A stretch of 64,000 nt of DNA from Marsupella aquatica (taxonomy: Eukaryota; Plantae; Marchantiophyta), in assembly GCA_973895155.1 (NCBI GenBank), contig OZ316895.1, forward strand, positions 12,469,929 through 12,533,928. The letters are read 5' to 3'. Each line of letters begins with the position of its first letter. Position 1 is the stretch's first letter. The notes below the pieces were generated by a model that did not search any database, had not been told where the DNA came from, and saw only the letters and a list, made by a program, of their open reading frames with translations. Below are positions 1 through 13,790 of the stretch, piece after piece. Both the position numbers and the translations under genes were made by a program.

Positions 1-736
1 AGTCTTGAGAGGATTCGATTGCTCTACGAATGAAGGCTGGCACTTCAAAACGTTTAGTGGATTTGGGAAGGCATCAGTTCAAACTATCCTTAGTTTTCTG
101 AGTGTGATCTTTTCTAGCTTTGAACGCCTCAACGATACCAGTTGTTTATGTAAACGCTCGAGTTGTGCGGCGTGTTTGGCCGCCATCAGAGCTCACGTTT
201 ATATGTCGGGGGACATACATATACATTTCATTGGGACTCACTGTATCAAGAGGGTTGCGCAGATGGCCAAATCCTCACGTCTCGTACTCAAACCTCATAC
301 ACTTTTCATGGAAAGAAGATTCTCAGTTTTCGGCTCAAAAAGAGGAATGGAGATAACATGGGGACCGAACCTCAAAGTGGAGGTTAATATTTGGTGAGAG
401 GGAACATATTATAGTCCTGAAAGAAAAAATGAACAAAAAACAAGTACAATAGTCCTATTTCTCGCAAAAATATTGCTTTCTAGGAGATCCAGCTCCCATG
501 ACTCACATTTGTTCCGTTGTGGCTTTCTTGGAGACAAGGTCTGTTGCAACACCTAAAAGCGCCATCGTATGGCGGCTTTGATTGAATATTACCCCTGGTA
601 ACTATGCTGCGGTCAGGAAACGTACAAATGGCGATGGGTCCCATATCTTGAAGAAACATACGCAGGCATTGCTCCTTTTGGGAGAACCATCTAGTGCACA
701 AAACAACATACTGGCACAGAATCTGCCCAGAGCCTC

Positions 737-3335
737 CTAAGATTCCATCGGATTGTTTGGCTGTGTCTGTTTGCTCAAAAGACCCCGAATTTTCACGTCG
801 TACAAAACCTCCTCCACTTTCTTCAAATCATATTTCAGACCTGTTGAAACCCAGCATTCACAAACATGAAAATCTCAAGAACGGTGTGATGATCCATCAT
901 CAGAAGTTAACGTGACCATCTGTTTACAAAGAATTGTGAATTACAAAGACTCTGCTCCAAACTCCAAACTCCAAACTCCAAATGTAGGTGCAACTACTCA
1001 CCGTCAAATCGCTTTCTCAAAGTGTCGTTGCGGAGATTCAGAATTCGAAATGCAGAATACAATTCCCTCAAGAATGAGGAGACCTCAATCGGGCAATCGT
1101 GGTCTCCAACTGTCACCCTATTGACACAATACCTGGGCTGCCATGCAACCAAGAATAAATGACTCGAGCCACATTTTCCGTTAGCAACACAATTCCATCG
1201 TCCTCACCTTAGGGTTACACTATTTCTCTCGTCTGGCAAATGCCAGCCAGTACTTTCTGCTCCTTGCCATAATTGGAGATATCTGGACGTTAAATAGACT
1301 TCATATAGTACTACAGGGACGAATGATTCGTCGTCCAAATATATGATCTCATAGACTAAAAAGCAAGTAACAATCAATGCGTACGAATTCTCTCCTTCAA
1401 ACAATTAAGCGCCGATGAAATGAAGATACCAGCTCATTGGAGACATTGCAGAGACCTGCACACAGGGACAACGTAGAAGTCGTAGTGGTTGATCTGTCAG
1501 GTGTGGAAAAATGTTGATAGCAATGACAGATGTAAGCATTACATAGGTATTACGAGGAATGATCTCAGAAAAGACTATTCATCTAGACTTAAGAAACCCC
1601 ACGTACCGATAAGGTAGTCCTCTATGTCGATGCCGAAGTCTTCCGATTTCACTGCATGCCAGCATTGAGATTTAACGGTAGTGACAATCCAAAATGACAG
1701 ACTGTCAATTCTCAATCTAGGGAACAGATTGGATATAAATCAGGGTGCAGCATTCCAAACAGGACGTGGTCTACAGACAAAATAACATTACTCACGTGAG
1801 AGCCATTGTACAGGATAATATCGGTATAAACCATCGGAAACGAAAAACCCAAACGCAGCTTTAACACAAATACAGAAGGTCGGGGTCGTAGCTAAGTCAC
1901 CACAAATTTACAAGACCGAAAAGAAAGAAGCATAGAAGCTGAGAGACAGTATTGAAAGTACTTGAACTTACAGCCTAGCAGGATCTCTGCCTCGGAATGG
2001 GACAACAGCCCCCGAGTCTCCAGCCAGTGCATAAATGCAAGCAGGAACACAACTATTTGTGTTTGAGATCTCCAGTGATCATGATACCTACAAAAAATGA
2101 GGCGTTGGTTTATGCTATAAGCTACCTGCAATTCTTCACATGAATAGGGGGCCAAAAGATCCAGCAGAGTCCTCTTTCCAACTCCGAAGAGTAGAACATT
2201 TCGCCCAACTGAGACACTTCGGGATTTGCTTCAGCAAAATTTGCAATACAAAAACCCTTTAAGGGTTTTCAAAAAAGGGTTACTGGCCCTGATGAGCAAA
2301 ACATCGACTACACACTGGAAAAAATCCTGATGTCCCAAAAGGCCCACTTAACTGGAAGGCTCTCTGAGTCCAGAACGAAATGTACGTTGAGCAATAGGTC
2401 AACACTAACTGAGTATAACCATGGCCTGCCCCAGAAAAAGACGAAATAAATAAATCGAGGGCTTATTTACGCACCTATAAAACTGCCCGGGGCGTTCTTT
2501 TATGATATCGGCAAGTCGGGAGTAGATCTTTTGCAGAGTGGGAATGTAGCTCTTAGCCCTGTCTAAGACCTCTTTACCTGCCACCCCCACACCAAAGAAG
2601 GGACTCCAAATGAGATCTCAAATAGGGAGGATAGCGAAAACAAAATACGCGACTGACATTTATCCAAAGCAAACTGCAAAGCAAACAATAGATACCCAGT
2701 CCACAAAGGAGAATGCAATTGCACCAATTCGCTTACAACGTACGAGACGCTAGACACATTCAGAGCAAAAAATGCTGTTCCCAGTTGACTCAAGCGATGC
2801 CTGCTGGAGACGTAACGGTGGAAGCAAGAAAATGTGTAATTCGGAGAAATAGACGTATTCAGAACAATAATTGTTGTTCTCATTTGACTCAAAAGATGTC
2901 CGCTGGAGATGGAATGGAGAAGGCAGATAAAATGAGAAATTCGGAGACGGACAGTAGACATAGAACAAAAAATGCTGTTGTGAGTTGACTCAAAAGATGC
3001 CTGCTGGAGATGTGGAACGGAGAAGGCAGATAAAATGTGAAATTCAGAGAATGCACGGAGAGCAGCTGAGGTTTGGGATAAGGTCAAGATCAATTCACTC
3101 GAGGGAATGAAAAAAATAACAGGAGATTAGGTCTAGAGGATAGAGGAGGACGAGGAGGACGAGGAGCAGCAGCAGCAAGCAGCACACCTGATGAAGTGGT
3201 GTGATGGACAGGCAGAATCGCCGCCTGCATCACGCGAATCGCATTGTCAAGATCTGAGACCACCAATCTCAGCGCCTCTCGCACAGCTCCACTCTCCTCC
3301 AACTCCTGTCGAAAATCCTCAAATTGGTCTTCCAT
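737..3335 (-). CDS. TSN: Translin (C3PO complex subunit), 7 exons: 3335-3188, 2577-2475, 2087-1972, 1651-1607, 1455-1430, 1137-1002, 840-737
   Basis: Spliced translation MEDQFEDFRQELEESGAVRE...PGQFYRYHDHWRSQTQIVVFLLAFMHWLETRGLL...FGIDIEDYLIGLCNVSNELPRYCVNRVTVGDHDCP...LNLRNDTLRKRFDGLKYDLKKVEEVLYDVKIRGL matches plant translin motifs. All introns are GT-AG with consistent phases. Stop TAG at 739-737. Confidence 0.93.
2765..3060. repeat. ~100-bp tandem repeat x3 in translin intron 1
   Basis: Unit containing TTGACTCAA..GATG(C/T)C(T/C)GCTGGAGA...AAAATG..AATTC(G/A)GAGA recurs with GACTC at 2787, 2886 and 2987 (period 99-101). Confidence 0.8.
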
Positions 3336-3519
3336 TTTTTCACTTCGCCACACACTCACTCAGATTACAAATAAAGAAAACACAAAAGCTTCGAGTGATA
3401 AACTATCTGATTAATCAGTTCTCCGCCTGTTGTAACAGTCGCGTTTTCGTTACTCTGGAGGTTCTTTCTTTATCCACCATCGCTGTAGAAGCTGAGCAAG
3501 CTGAGCAGAATGACGCATA

Positions 3520-4030
3520 CAGTCTACCGTGTATAAGTGCATCCCCGGGAACACACCCCAAACTTGCACTTATCCAAGCTTTGCACTACATCATAAATGC
3601 ATGGGTATCATTTATTCAATTCTCCATATGTGCATGTTGCATTTCTCCATATGTGCATGTTGCACTTTCCAATAAGTGCACTTCTCCAGTGTCTTGTTGG
3701 TCATGCACATTGGACGCCTTGTACTCGGAATTCACTAGTGCACAATTCAATTGGATAAGTGCATAAAGCTACCATGTGCTGCTGTCTCCCTCCACTTATG
3801 GGTACATGCTTCTAACATTTGTGTTGCAGTAATTGATGGATGCATGTGTAGTCTTATAAACATAAATGCCCTTATGTATTTTTAGTTTAGTGACGTAGAC
3901 CTCCACTTACAGGTGGTGTGTTTTTGGTGCATTCACAAAAGAAAATGCTGTCATATTAGGGGACGACACTACCTACCTACAGTTACCCAGGAATGCACTT
4001 ATACATGGTGCACTTATGCACATTAGACTG
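3520..4030. mobile_element. Non-autonomous Tc1/mariner(pogo)-type MITE, 511 bp
   Basis: Ends TA|CAGTCTA (3518-3526) and TAGACTG|TA (4024-4032), i.e. TA target duplication with CAGT termini. Subterminal inverted match GTATAAGTGCAT..GGG vs CCC..ATGCACTTATAC. Internal TGCACTTATCCAA/TTGGATAAGTGCA inverted pair. No ORF. Confidence 0.75.
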
Positions 4031-5706
4031 TACTTCGACGTCTATATGACACAGTGCCAAAGGACAAAACCCCCCATACCGGGAAACACTGTCCCAAAGC
4101 CACGCAACCTGGAGAAGGCCCCAAGACGGCCAAAGGGGTCCAACAAGCCAGGAGTCCCCCACATGAGTAAAAGAACAAACACAATGATAACAAACAAACA
4201 AGCCCAAAAGATAACACTCTACTGGGCAGAGAACTAAAAAGCTTAGTAGAGCTCGAGGGTAAAAACCATAGGCAGGTCACAAAGTGCACTCTGGCTAGAG
4301 TCCATACTACCAGCCTTGGCGTTCTAGGAAGGATAGTGAAAGCCTAAGCCCCTCTGAAGTGCAATGGACACTCTCTTTCTAAAGAAGGAGATAGATCATT
4401 TTGCAATCAACAACCACCTTCCATAAGGACTACTGTATTGGGTAGCTTTTTAAGGTTTCTAGAATTTTGGTCATGGTTACCAATGTTACCTTGCGTCAAC
4501 CAAATTCCATAATTCCCCCATTCTACCATCCCCCCCCCCCCTCCTTTCTTCCCTTTTGGTTCAATCTTCCTTTCTAGCCATCTCCATACCATACTTACAG
4601 GCGTTGGTATGAATTGAAAATCGCTATTGTTTTGAGAAACTAATAAACTCTTATTTCTCCACCGTTTTTTTGTTTTGTTTTGAAAGGAATACTTCACTGG
4701 GGGTGGGGGAGGGGGGGAGCGGAGAGAGTAAAATCTGATGCAGCAACAGAATCGCACACCCACCAGGCAAATGCCAAAACAAACCACAACCAGACGTCAT
4801 GTGGCAAGGCAATCCAACTAAGACCTGTGACAACTAGTGAAGACCGGATCATTTTCTTTCCACTCCCATCATGTTAGGTCTCATCATTTGAGACATCGAA
4901 AAGTTTTTCCTCATCTACTATGCCAGTCTCCTCCAAGATTTTACAAAGAAAAAAGTACTATTGATGGTCAATTCAAAGGATCGAGTAGATCCAGGTCTGG
5001 TGATGGACATGGAACAATATTGCGGCAGAGGAATATTGTGTATCAACAGTATGCTTCCTTTTCTGGCCTTAAATCAGTAACTTTATTTCTGCAACAGCAG
5101 CGTCTCAGGGGAGAAATTGGTAGCACTCAGATAGTTCGTAGCTCAGATAATTTTGCAGGTAACTAACTGGTTAGCTATGCACCTGGGTCAGAACATTTGG
5201 AAAATTATCAAATTCAGAGGGCACCAAGATTACCTTCAACTTGAGTTCTACTGCTGTTTCTTGGAATGAGGCAAGAAGTTATGTTCTACCTATTTTCCAT
5301 GCCCCTCTAATTGACAGGAAATACGACAATTCGTGTACACTTTTACCAATATGGAAAGAAGCATGGTTTTCTGGAACGTGTGGATGGCGATGAATTGATG
5401 ACAGATTGTAAGCGGCTTTGACAAGATCGACGAACAAGAATCAGGGACTTGAGAAGGTGTTTTCAGCCTTGTTTCATTTCACACGATAGCAGAAAGCGAG
5501 ATAAAGAAATGAGAATGATCAATCTCTACTGTGGCTACAAAATTCACGTCCCATCACCTGTGACAAAATGGCAAGAGACTAATGCTATCTATCTGGTCGT
5601 GTACACACATTCGTGGCAATGTGTTCGGCTGTACAACCCTTTTCGTCTTGTGGGTAGGGGTATTCCCTCCAGTACGTCGCAAGCCCACCAAATGCTTTGC
5701 TCTATA

Positions 5707-8700
5707 CTAATCTACCCAAGTCGCACCAACCACCTTCGCGAAAAACGCAAATGCATCACTTGTTTGCTCAATCTGGGCAACAAACACAGAAAAGGGACAC
5801 CCAATCAGTTTCAATGCCTTCGGAACAGGAGAATTCCTAGCTGAAGAAAGGGAACAAGACGAGAGCAGAGTAGATAGTGTACACGACACTCACAATTTTT
5901 TTGGTCGGGCGACCTGCTCCGTGCCCAGCTTTTGTATCAATTCTAGCGAGGATATAATTCGTTTGACGACCTTTCGTGACCTTACAGAGTTCGTATTGCA
6001 ATGTCTGTAGCCAAGGCCACATATATGACGTCAGAACTCCGGAACACATGGTGGCGAGTAGAAAATCACTGAGCGAGAGAGACCAATTCAATCACCTCAC
6101 ACTTAACACTTCAGAGCTGTAACAATACATGGCTCAGCTGACAGGAGTGATTGAGATACATCACCAAAAGCCGTGGCTGGAGTGATTCTGCTTACCGCAA
6201 GTAACTTCAGTGAGTGAAGAGGAACCACACGGTCATCGTGATCGGCCGTCAAAAGCAGCATCGATGGGTACTGAACGTCTTCCTTGCCCGGAGTTTCCCA
6301 AGGACGCCTCACGTTGTGTAAAGGTGAATACCTGTAAGAAAATTTGCAGGACATGGCATAGTAAGTCCGTTAGGTGAGATCGATCGATGGACCACTGAAA
6401 GTGCAGGGGAAATAATTCTACTTTAGCTTGACAGGACGGAATCGTCAAAGAATTGAGCTTGAACTTGCCTTATCAACCATTTGAAGTCCTCAGCATTATC
6501 TGCACACCCATAATCAGATGTCCAAGCATGTCCTGCGATGCAATCATTCCGTGTGAGTCTCGCACAAGTCCAACCTCAGCTCCGGATGTGTGAAAGAAAA
6601 ATCAGGAGCGGACAATTTCTAAGGTTTGAATTCTCCCCACGGTCCGCACAACCTTTCTTATCGCAACTCTCCGAACCATTCAACAACCAACCCGGATGTG
6701 AATAATATATCCTGAAGTATGATCTTACCAATGGTGAACTTGTGGAAGCGAAGCATGTCCATGACGCCAACATGAGCTAGAGCACAACCGAAAAGGTCCG
6801 GTCTCTGCGAAAAAAATCAGAATGTGAGATAGAGGTTTGTGAGTGAGGTGTGTACTCTAGGAACGGAAATGGTGCAAGGGTTTTAGAACCCACAGATAGG
6901 CTAGCTGAACTCATGTGTACGCGAGACTAGCAGGGTAGTAAATGGGAGCCCAAAAGCAAACTCCCTGCAGACGATGGCGGATACCGGAAAAATTAGCGGT
7001 ACAATAAGAAGCCGTTAAAAGACTACCAGAGACACAGCGAACATAATAAAATTCTTTATCACGCCCAATCGGCGGGATAATTCATAGTTAACCTTCTACC
7101 AAGAACACCAGACATCTCAAAAGATGAGAACGTGGGTAGCAATCAGGAACCCAGGTTTATCATCTAATTGCTACCCACGTACTGAGACCCCACGACCATG
7201 ATGAACACGGACAGATTTGGCTGTTCTGGAAAAGTAATCGTCGGCAGGATCATGGACACAGAAATGAACTCAGTCCTGTTGCTATCAGGTGACCAGGAAA
7301 ACGTTCAGACACAAAGATTGATATGTTGGAACTTTCTGCCGAGACTTCAGTACAATCCAAGACTTCAAAAGTAAGGACCTCAAGAAATTATTCGGCACGT
7401 GCTTGGACTTACCTGATTTACACATGCTGCCACAAGTAAACCTCCGTTACTGCCTCCTTCAATACCGAGTTTCTTAGGTTGAGTGTAGCCTTCCTTGACT
7501 AAGAACTCAGCACAAGATTGGAAATCATCAAAACAATTCTGCTTGTTGGACAAAGCGCCACCCTTGTGCCAGTCTTCCCCATATTCTCCTCCTCCTCGGA
7601 TGTTCGCCATCGCAAAAACTGCACCATATTGACCCACCAACACCAACCGTGCTGGACTGAAATATGGAGTGAGGCTGATATTGAAACCCCCGTATCCATA
7701 TAGGAGAGTCGGATTCTCCCCGTTCAGTACTGTACCTCGCTTGGACACCAGGAACATTGGAATCTTGGTACCATCCTTGCTTGCAACAAAGACCTACAAT
7801 TTAAAAGCAAACTTCGAGTTAGAATAATTGTGTTTCCGGAAAGGATAACGAAAGATTATGTGCAGCATTACCAAAGAGGTGAGAGGTATGTTCGCATGAA
7901 TAGCATGAACCTAGCATGAAGAGCTCCATAGACTCTCGAGCAAAATTCTACAGCGAAAACAGGAGTGCGGTGCTACAATATGATCGAAAGCCAAGGACAG
8001 TGGGCGCACCTGATTTGTTTCGAACGCAGTGCGGTCAAAGTCCTTCACAACTGTATCTCTGAAGACGTCAGGAGCTGGGCTCTCAGATTCCAAATTGCAC
8101 CGGTATATAGTTCCCGGGGACAAGAAACTTGTGAAGCTAAAGAATACTTCTGATTGATCTCTCCTCCCAGATACATTTGACACTGTGCCAATGTCCAGAG
8201 GCAGCTGGTGGAGCAGATCTCCTGTCTGCAAATCCCGCAGCTGAAGCACATGCTTCACATCACTCAGGTAACAGACAAGTAACTGCTGCCCATTCACACA
8301 ATCCACAGATGAGAGGACATCGACATCGGATTGAGGAATCACGTCCGTCCACCGTGATGGGTTCTCAAGATCAACTCGAGTGACCTTATACTTTGGGGCG
8401 TTCTTATTCGTGTTGAAAGTGAAAACGGTATCGTCATTTGCCACATATTCATATTGGGCATCGAAATTATCCACCAATTTCTCGAAAGGAAGGAGCTGCT
8501 CGCTCCCTCTGAGTCCCTCCAACCCAGTTGGAAGAGATGTGAGGTCACAATAATAAAGGCGATTCACCGGATCACAACCCTCCTCGATGGTTAACAGAAG
8601 GTACTGCATCACAACATAACGATGTCTTGTGAGAAGCGTGAACTTTACACGTTAGCGTGACCAATGATGTTCTCACGCTTTGACTTAAACAGCCGTAGGT

Positions 8701-11418
8701 CGAAGTCTACACAACAATTCCTTCTATCTTTTCGTTTCTAATAACATGAAGGGCTTTCGTTGGGCACGGAAAACAAGGCATAATTTTCAGCGATTAATCG
8801 GGTATGATATCCGCATAATAACAGCAAAATGGTGTTTGAAGCAGGGAAAACGTCGAGAGATACCTACATCAGCGCTTTTCAGGGAATAACACGACCCGCA
8901 ATAACAAAGCCCCAACAATGACGACCACAACAGTACCCACTACTTGCTTTCAAGCAATATCGTTCTAATTTTTCGGTTTTAAAAACAGGGTGGAAGTCCT
9001 TGGAGACTACACAAGAACCTTATTAAAAAATCAAGGAAGAAAGCAGTCTCGGAAGTCGTCAGAATGGGCAACTTAAATGCGGAATTGATTGTCAGACAGG
9101 ATAGACTAATGAGGGACAGACTAATGAGGGACTCACCTTTCCATCTTCAGTGACTTGTGCTCCAAATAGCCATCTAGGATGCGCTGGATCTTTCCAGCAG
9201 AGAATATCCTCCGATTGATCAGTACCAAGAAAATGATAGCACAGCTCGTGATTCAAGTTTATGTCTGTTTCTGTTCCAGCATCCACTCCACTTTGCCTGA
9301 TGCAGAAGGGCGCAAAGGGTCAGACGGTGTCCCAAATTCGTACTCGGATGACAATCACTCTAGTTGAAAACAAGAAAGGCCCAAGGAGCATGATACCAAT
9401 TTTAGGTAGATTCAAGATAAACATTACAATAGCTGAAGGCGTAATAGGCCGGAATCAGGACAAAGACTTTGACGAAATTCCTTTCAACGTACTTTGGCGC
9501 AGGATACCGATTGTAGAAGAATCCCTTGTGATCATGTGTCCAGCTGATCGATGTAAATTTTACCTGCCCCATGATTCCACGTGCAGCCCATACCAACAAT
9601 AAGCCCACATTGTATGACAACCTAGCAGGGTCAATAGTAGTACTCCTACGTAAATGACTGAAAACATCCGGAGCAGGAGCCTCATCTCCTCTCCAAACCT
9701 ACCCAGGAGAGAACATCTGGTTCGAATTCCCGGTCCGCCACTCGCAGCAACTTGATGGTCAGCCAATCACTCCCACTTGCACTCAACCCGCAAGCTAAGT
9801 ACTTGGCATCCTTGTTCACCGAGTATCTTGAAAGGGAGACCGTCCCATCCTCACTCAACGTGTTGGGATCCAAAAGAACTTCGGCATCTCCTTCCAAGCT
9901 CACCTGTCATAGGGATTGTCCAATTTTTAGCACATGTCCCTCTTGCTCCGAATGAATAATGAACGCGCTCTGAATGATAGTCCCTGAGTCATTCAAGACT
10001 CCTCGCAAATCTAAAACCCTCCCACAAGATTATCATACAGCGTGCCTATTCTCGCTACTCTCTCTGCCGCACCAATACTGAGAACTGACCACACCCACTC
10101 AGATCCTTGGTTGTGACCTTCTCCTCCCACCAAGGGGTCGGACGAAACAATGGACGACAAACCGGATGTGGTATCTCTACATCACAAAGGGTCTCGCGTG
10201 GGAATCATCCAGCGATAAGGGTTGGGACCACCAGAAACCCACAAAGCTTTAGAACGACGGAGAGAAAATGGGCTCTATTTAAAATTGGCAGTTTTCATCT
10301 TTCATCACTGCCACTGAGAAGGGTCAACTACACTCGATGATACGATTCGATGGCAGGAATTCGCCAATGCACCCTATCCAATAAGTTATCCACTGCTGCA
10401 CTCGGTATGCAACTCAAATTAAATGCACAAACCTGGACGTAGAGCACGCTTTGAGGCTCCAACCCCTTGTTGTGGAGATAGAAGTACTTGTCACCACGCT
10501 TGAATGGACACTCATATTTCGGGTAGTCGTATAGGGATGTAATACGATCCTTCAACTTCTGCCTGGAATCACACTTCTCCAGTACCGAGTTCGTCAAAGC
10601 CACTTGCTGGTCAACAAATTGCTTCACCTCCTCTGACTCAGGGTCCTCCAACCTGCCAGACGAACACCACGCCGCACGGTGAGGTCCATAGTTTTACATA
10701 TAAATAATGTTGGAGTTTTCATATGCGCGTCAACGAGACAGTGTCCGTAAATGCCATAGTAGGAATTGTTCTCTTACAAGTACAGGAATTTGCGCAGGAC
10801 AGAAAACTGAAGTACTGATGCTCGCGAGGGCTAATGATTGCGGGCATGATCAATAGTCAAGGCAAAATAGTGGAAATTGTGCATCTGATTGTAGGTATGA
10901 TCCATAGTCAAAGCAGACGTAAAGGAGAGTGTGCATAACAAAACCCACTCGTCCCACAGACCATCTGTTCAGTCTCATAAGCCCCAAACCCATATTTTTC
11001 CATCCACATTTCAATGCTATTCCAATTTTGGTCCAGACTTGGACTATTTTCCAGTGTTATTCGGTAGCTCAAATTACTATGAATGCGCGGGAAAGGAGGC
11101 AGTAGCATACCATCGGTAAGGATCCGCAATCCGGGTGTCGTGGAAATCATCAACAACTGAATCGTCTCGTCGAGCATCCGGATAATTGAGGATGTCCGCA
11201 GAGCACACCATGCTAAGAAATGCTCGACGAGAGGAGAAACAATCTATCGAGGACGAGTTTCTTGGCCGTGCTCCTCTGAAATCGCTCTTTTTCCGGTTCG
11301 AGACTGGTGGACCACGAACAGGAAAACGCCGGACCCGAAAATGAGACTGCGTGCCTCCAAAGAAAAGACTAGCACTACACCGTGTACTAGGCATCCACAA
11401 CCTCATTCCCAAATTCAT
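5707..11418 (-). CDS. PREP: Prolyl oligopeptidase (S9A), 12 exons: 11418(or 11211)-11111, 10652-10433, 9903-9703, 9563-9493, 9296-9137, 8603-8010, 7793-7413, 6804-6729, 6532-6469, 6331-6196, 6004-5894, 5772-5707
   Basis: N-terminal [29 protein letters not shown], beta-propeller exons, [14 protein letters not shown], catalytic Ser in GGSNGG, Asp in ADHDDRVVP, His in [10 protein letters not shown]-terminal [12 protein letters not shown]. Splice phases are consistent, with one GC-AG intron (6468-6332). Confidence 0.95.
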
Positions 11419-12924
11419 AGCATGTGGACGAAAAATCGACCGCACCCGTACGGTGTCTAAAGGTGGTTTGACTCTATATGAAAAACGGCAGGCAACGGCA
11501 TCCTGTAGAAGTCTACGCAGAAGCAGCACCACCGTATGGAATTCATTTGGTTCTTTCGAGGCAAAAAAAGAAGAAGCAGCACCACCGTATCTTTCTAGTG
11601 GATGACAAACAACAATATACTTGCTACAGTGCTCCTCAAAGTCTGGAAGTCAGAATGATTATCCACACTTCCGATAATAGAACGGAAAAACAATCACAAG
11701 TATGTCGTATCCACGTCAAACTCTAGTACTACTCACTTCCCCTGTCTTGCTCTGCTTTGAACAGTGTGATTGTGCTCTGTCTTGCTTTTAGCGTTGCTTT
11801 CGGACTACATGAGTGGGTGCGCAAGATTGTAATCGTACCTCAAATGCGTGCCGGCGTGCCGCTACCAGAACAATAATAATAATTACACCGAAGGCGGCAC
11901 AATGCGTACAACGCCCGCCCACCCGATGTCCGGAACGAAATGAAAAATACCGTGAAGAAGAAAAGGGAGAGGAGGTGTTGCGCGTTGAGCCTCCTCAACA
12001 CACTACACAGTACCTCACCCCACCTCACCGTAGCAGGTACCGCCGACTAAATGGAGAAGTTGAAATGATGGCCCTCTTCCTTCGATACAGACTCACAGTG
12101 CACCGACAATTCTAAGCGAGTCTGCAAACGAAGCGTGACTCAATTGGAGATTACTGGAGTCCGCTTCCTTCGATACAGGCAAATGCAATGCGAATCTGCA
12201 AGTGACACGACTCGATTAACAGACACTTCTGCAACAACGAAATCTGCACCCGGCACCCGGAGAGTTGATTCGAAATTTCGAATCACCAATGCGACAAAGA
12301 GCGAATTCAGCGGAGCACAATCAGCTAATCAGCACCGACGAGACGACGAACCAATTCGAAGCGAATTTCAGCGATACGACAAAGAGAAAAATCCAGTGCA
12401 CATCTACCGACACGCGAGAGTGACAAATTTGTTCTTCGAAGCAGAATTGGTTTCGTAAAACGTTCACTTATGCAGCGATGAACGAGCTCCGTCTCGAGCT
12501 TTTGTAGTCGGGTTCAGTCGGGTTCAGTCCGGAGCAGCCGAGGCGGGCTGCACCATAATTAATTGTTGGATGTGTCGTCGGTGGCGTCACGCCGTCCAGA
12601 ATGTCGACATGCCTCACGAGTTGCAGACCTCCATCTCGACATCGGATAATTCTGTGTCGGGCCCTCGCCCTCTTTCGACGCAGCGCCCCCCAACAATCCC
12701 GTTGTGGGGGTCGGGTTCCTAGGACCGCCGAGTCGAGGATCGTCGCCCCTCAACAACCCCTCGAAATGGCGTTTTTGTTGTTTCTATAATTCGAAAGCCA
12801 CCAGCATACCTATCTTACTAGTGTACTAATTCACGAGAGATTTTCTTGGTGGGACCCCAAAATGGAGAGATACTTGATGGACCCCCCAAAATGGAGAGAT
12901 ACTTGATGGACCCCCCAAAATCGA

Positions 12925-13090
12925 GAGAGATACTTGATAGACCCCCAAAATGCAAAGTGTTTCTTGATGGACACATGAGTGATCCAGACCCATGATAGAT
13001 CTCACATCAATGTACCCAAAAGCTCATGGGGTCTTGTGGGGTCTATCAAATAAGACATTTCAATTTAGGGGTCCATCAAGTATATCTCTC
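12925..13090. mobile_element. ~165-bp palindromic MITE (copy 1), embedded in tandem copies of its own terminus (12846-13290)
   Basis: Starts GAGAGATACTTGATAGACCCC and ends GGGGTCCATCAAGTATATCTCTC (inverted). The terminus GAGAGATACTTGATGGACCCC is repeated in tandem at about 12865-12945. A degenerate further copy lies at about 13108-13290. Confidence 0.65.
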
Positions 13091-13516
13091 CCCCAAAATG
13101 AAAAATATTACTAGTGCACTAATTCACCAGAGATTTTCTTGGTGGGACCCCAAAATGAAAAATGTTATTTGATCAGACAACTCATCGGACTCTTGAGTGA
13201 TCCAAACCATTGATTGAATCAATGTACCCAAAACTTCAGGGGTCTTATCAAGTAACACCTTTCATTTTGAGGTCTCATTAAGTAAATGCCTCACTAATTC
13301 GTTATCAAAATCTACTTTTACAAGCATGAATGCCCATAATTTGAATGACAATAGAGATGATTACAAAAATCAGCCTGCATAATCATCTTGACATACAATA
13401 CATCTCATCCTCTCCATTCACATGCATTTGGTGGGGCCCTTGAGTTAAGGTCTTGAGACACTCTGAAAACCTAGACCCAAATTGTAGCTTCTGTTTGCAA
13501 ATTTGTAGTGAGATGG

Positions 13517-13790
13517 CCTACTTTTAGAGTGAAACCTCTCAACCATAATTCAGGGGTTGTCGCTCAAATCTGGGGGTGCAAGGAATGGGGACATATCATA
13601 AGTGAGCAAATCTGGGGTGGTCACTTAACTTTGGGGATATCTACTTTTATGGCTTAAGTTTAGATTGAAGGCTCTAGACCATAATTCTTGGGTCATCATG
13701 TAACTTTTGGGCATGGAAGTGTGGGTGCAAGGAATGGGGACAAATCATAAATGAGCAATTTTGGGGTAGTCACTTAACTTTTGGGGCTGA
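13517..13790. repeat. ~150-bp direct repeat x2, with further copies of its TAGAGTGAAGCCTCTAGACCATA motif at ~15205 and ~15623
   Basis: GGGTGCAAGGAATGGGGACA(T/A)ATCATAA(G/A)TGAGCAA..TGGGGT(G/A)GTCACTTAACTTT occurs twice. The CTACTTT...TAGA(G/T)TGAA..CTCT..ACCATA motif occurs four times. Confidence 0.7.

Noticed and set aside
2563-3093. 176-aa minus-strand ORF and overlapping plus-strand ORFs
   Set aside because: They lie in translin intron 1 and arise from the 100-bp tandem repeat, with no recognisable protein motifs.
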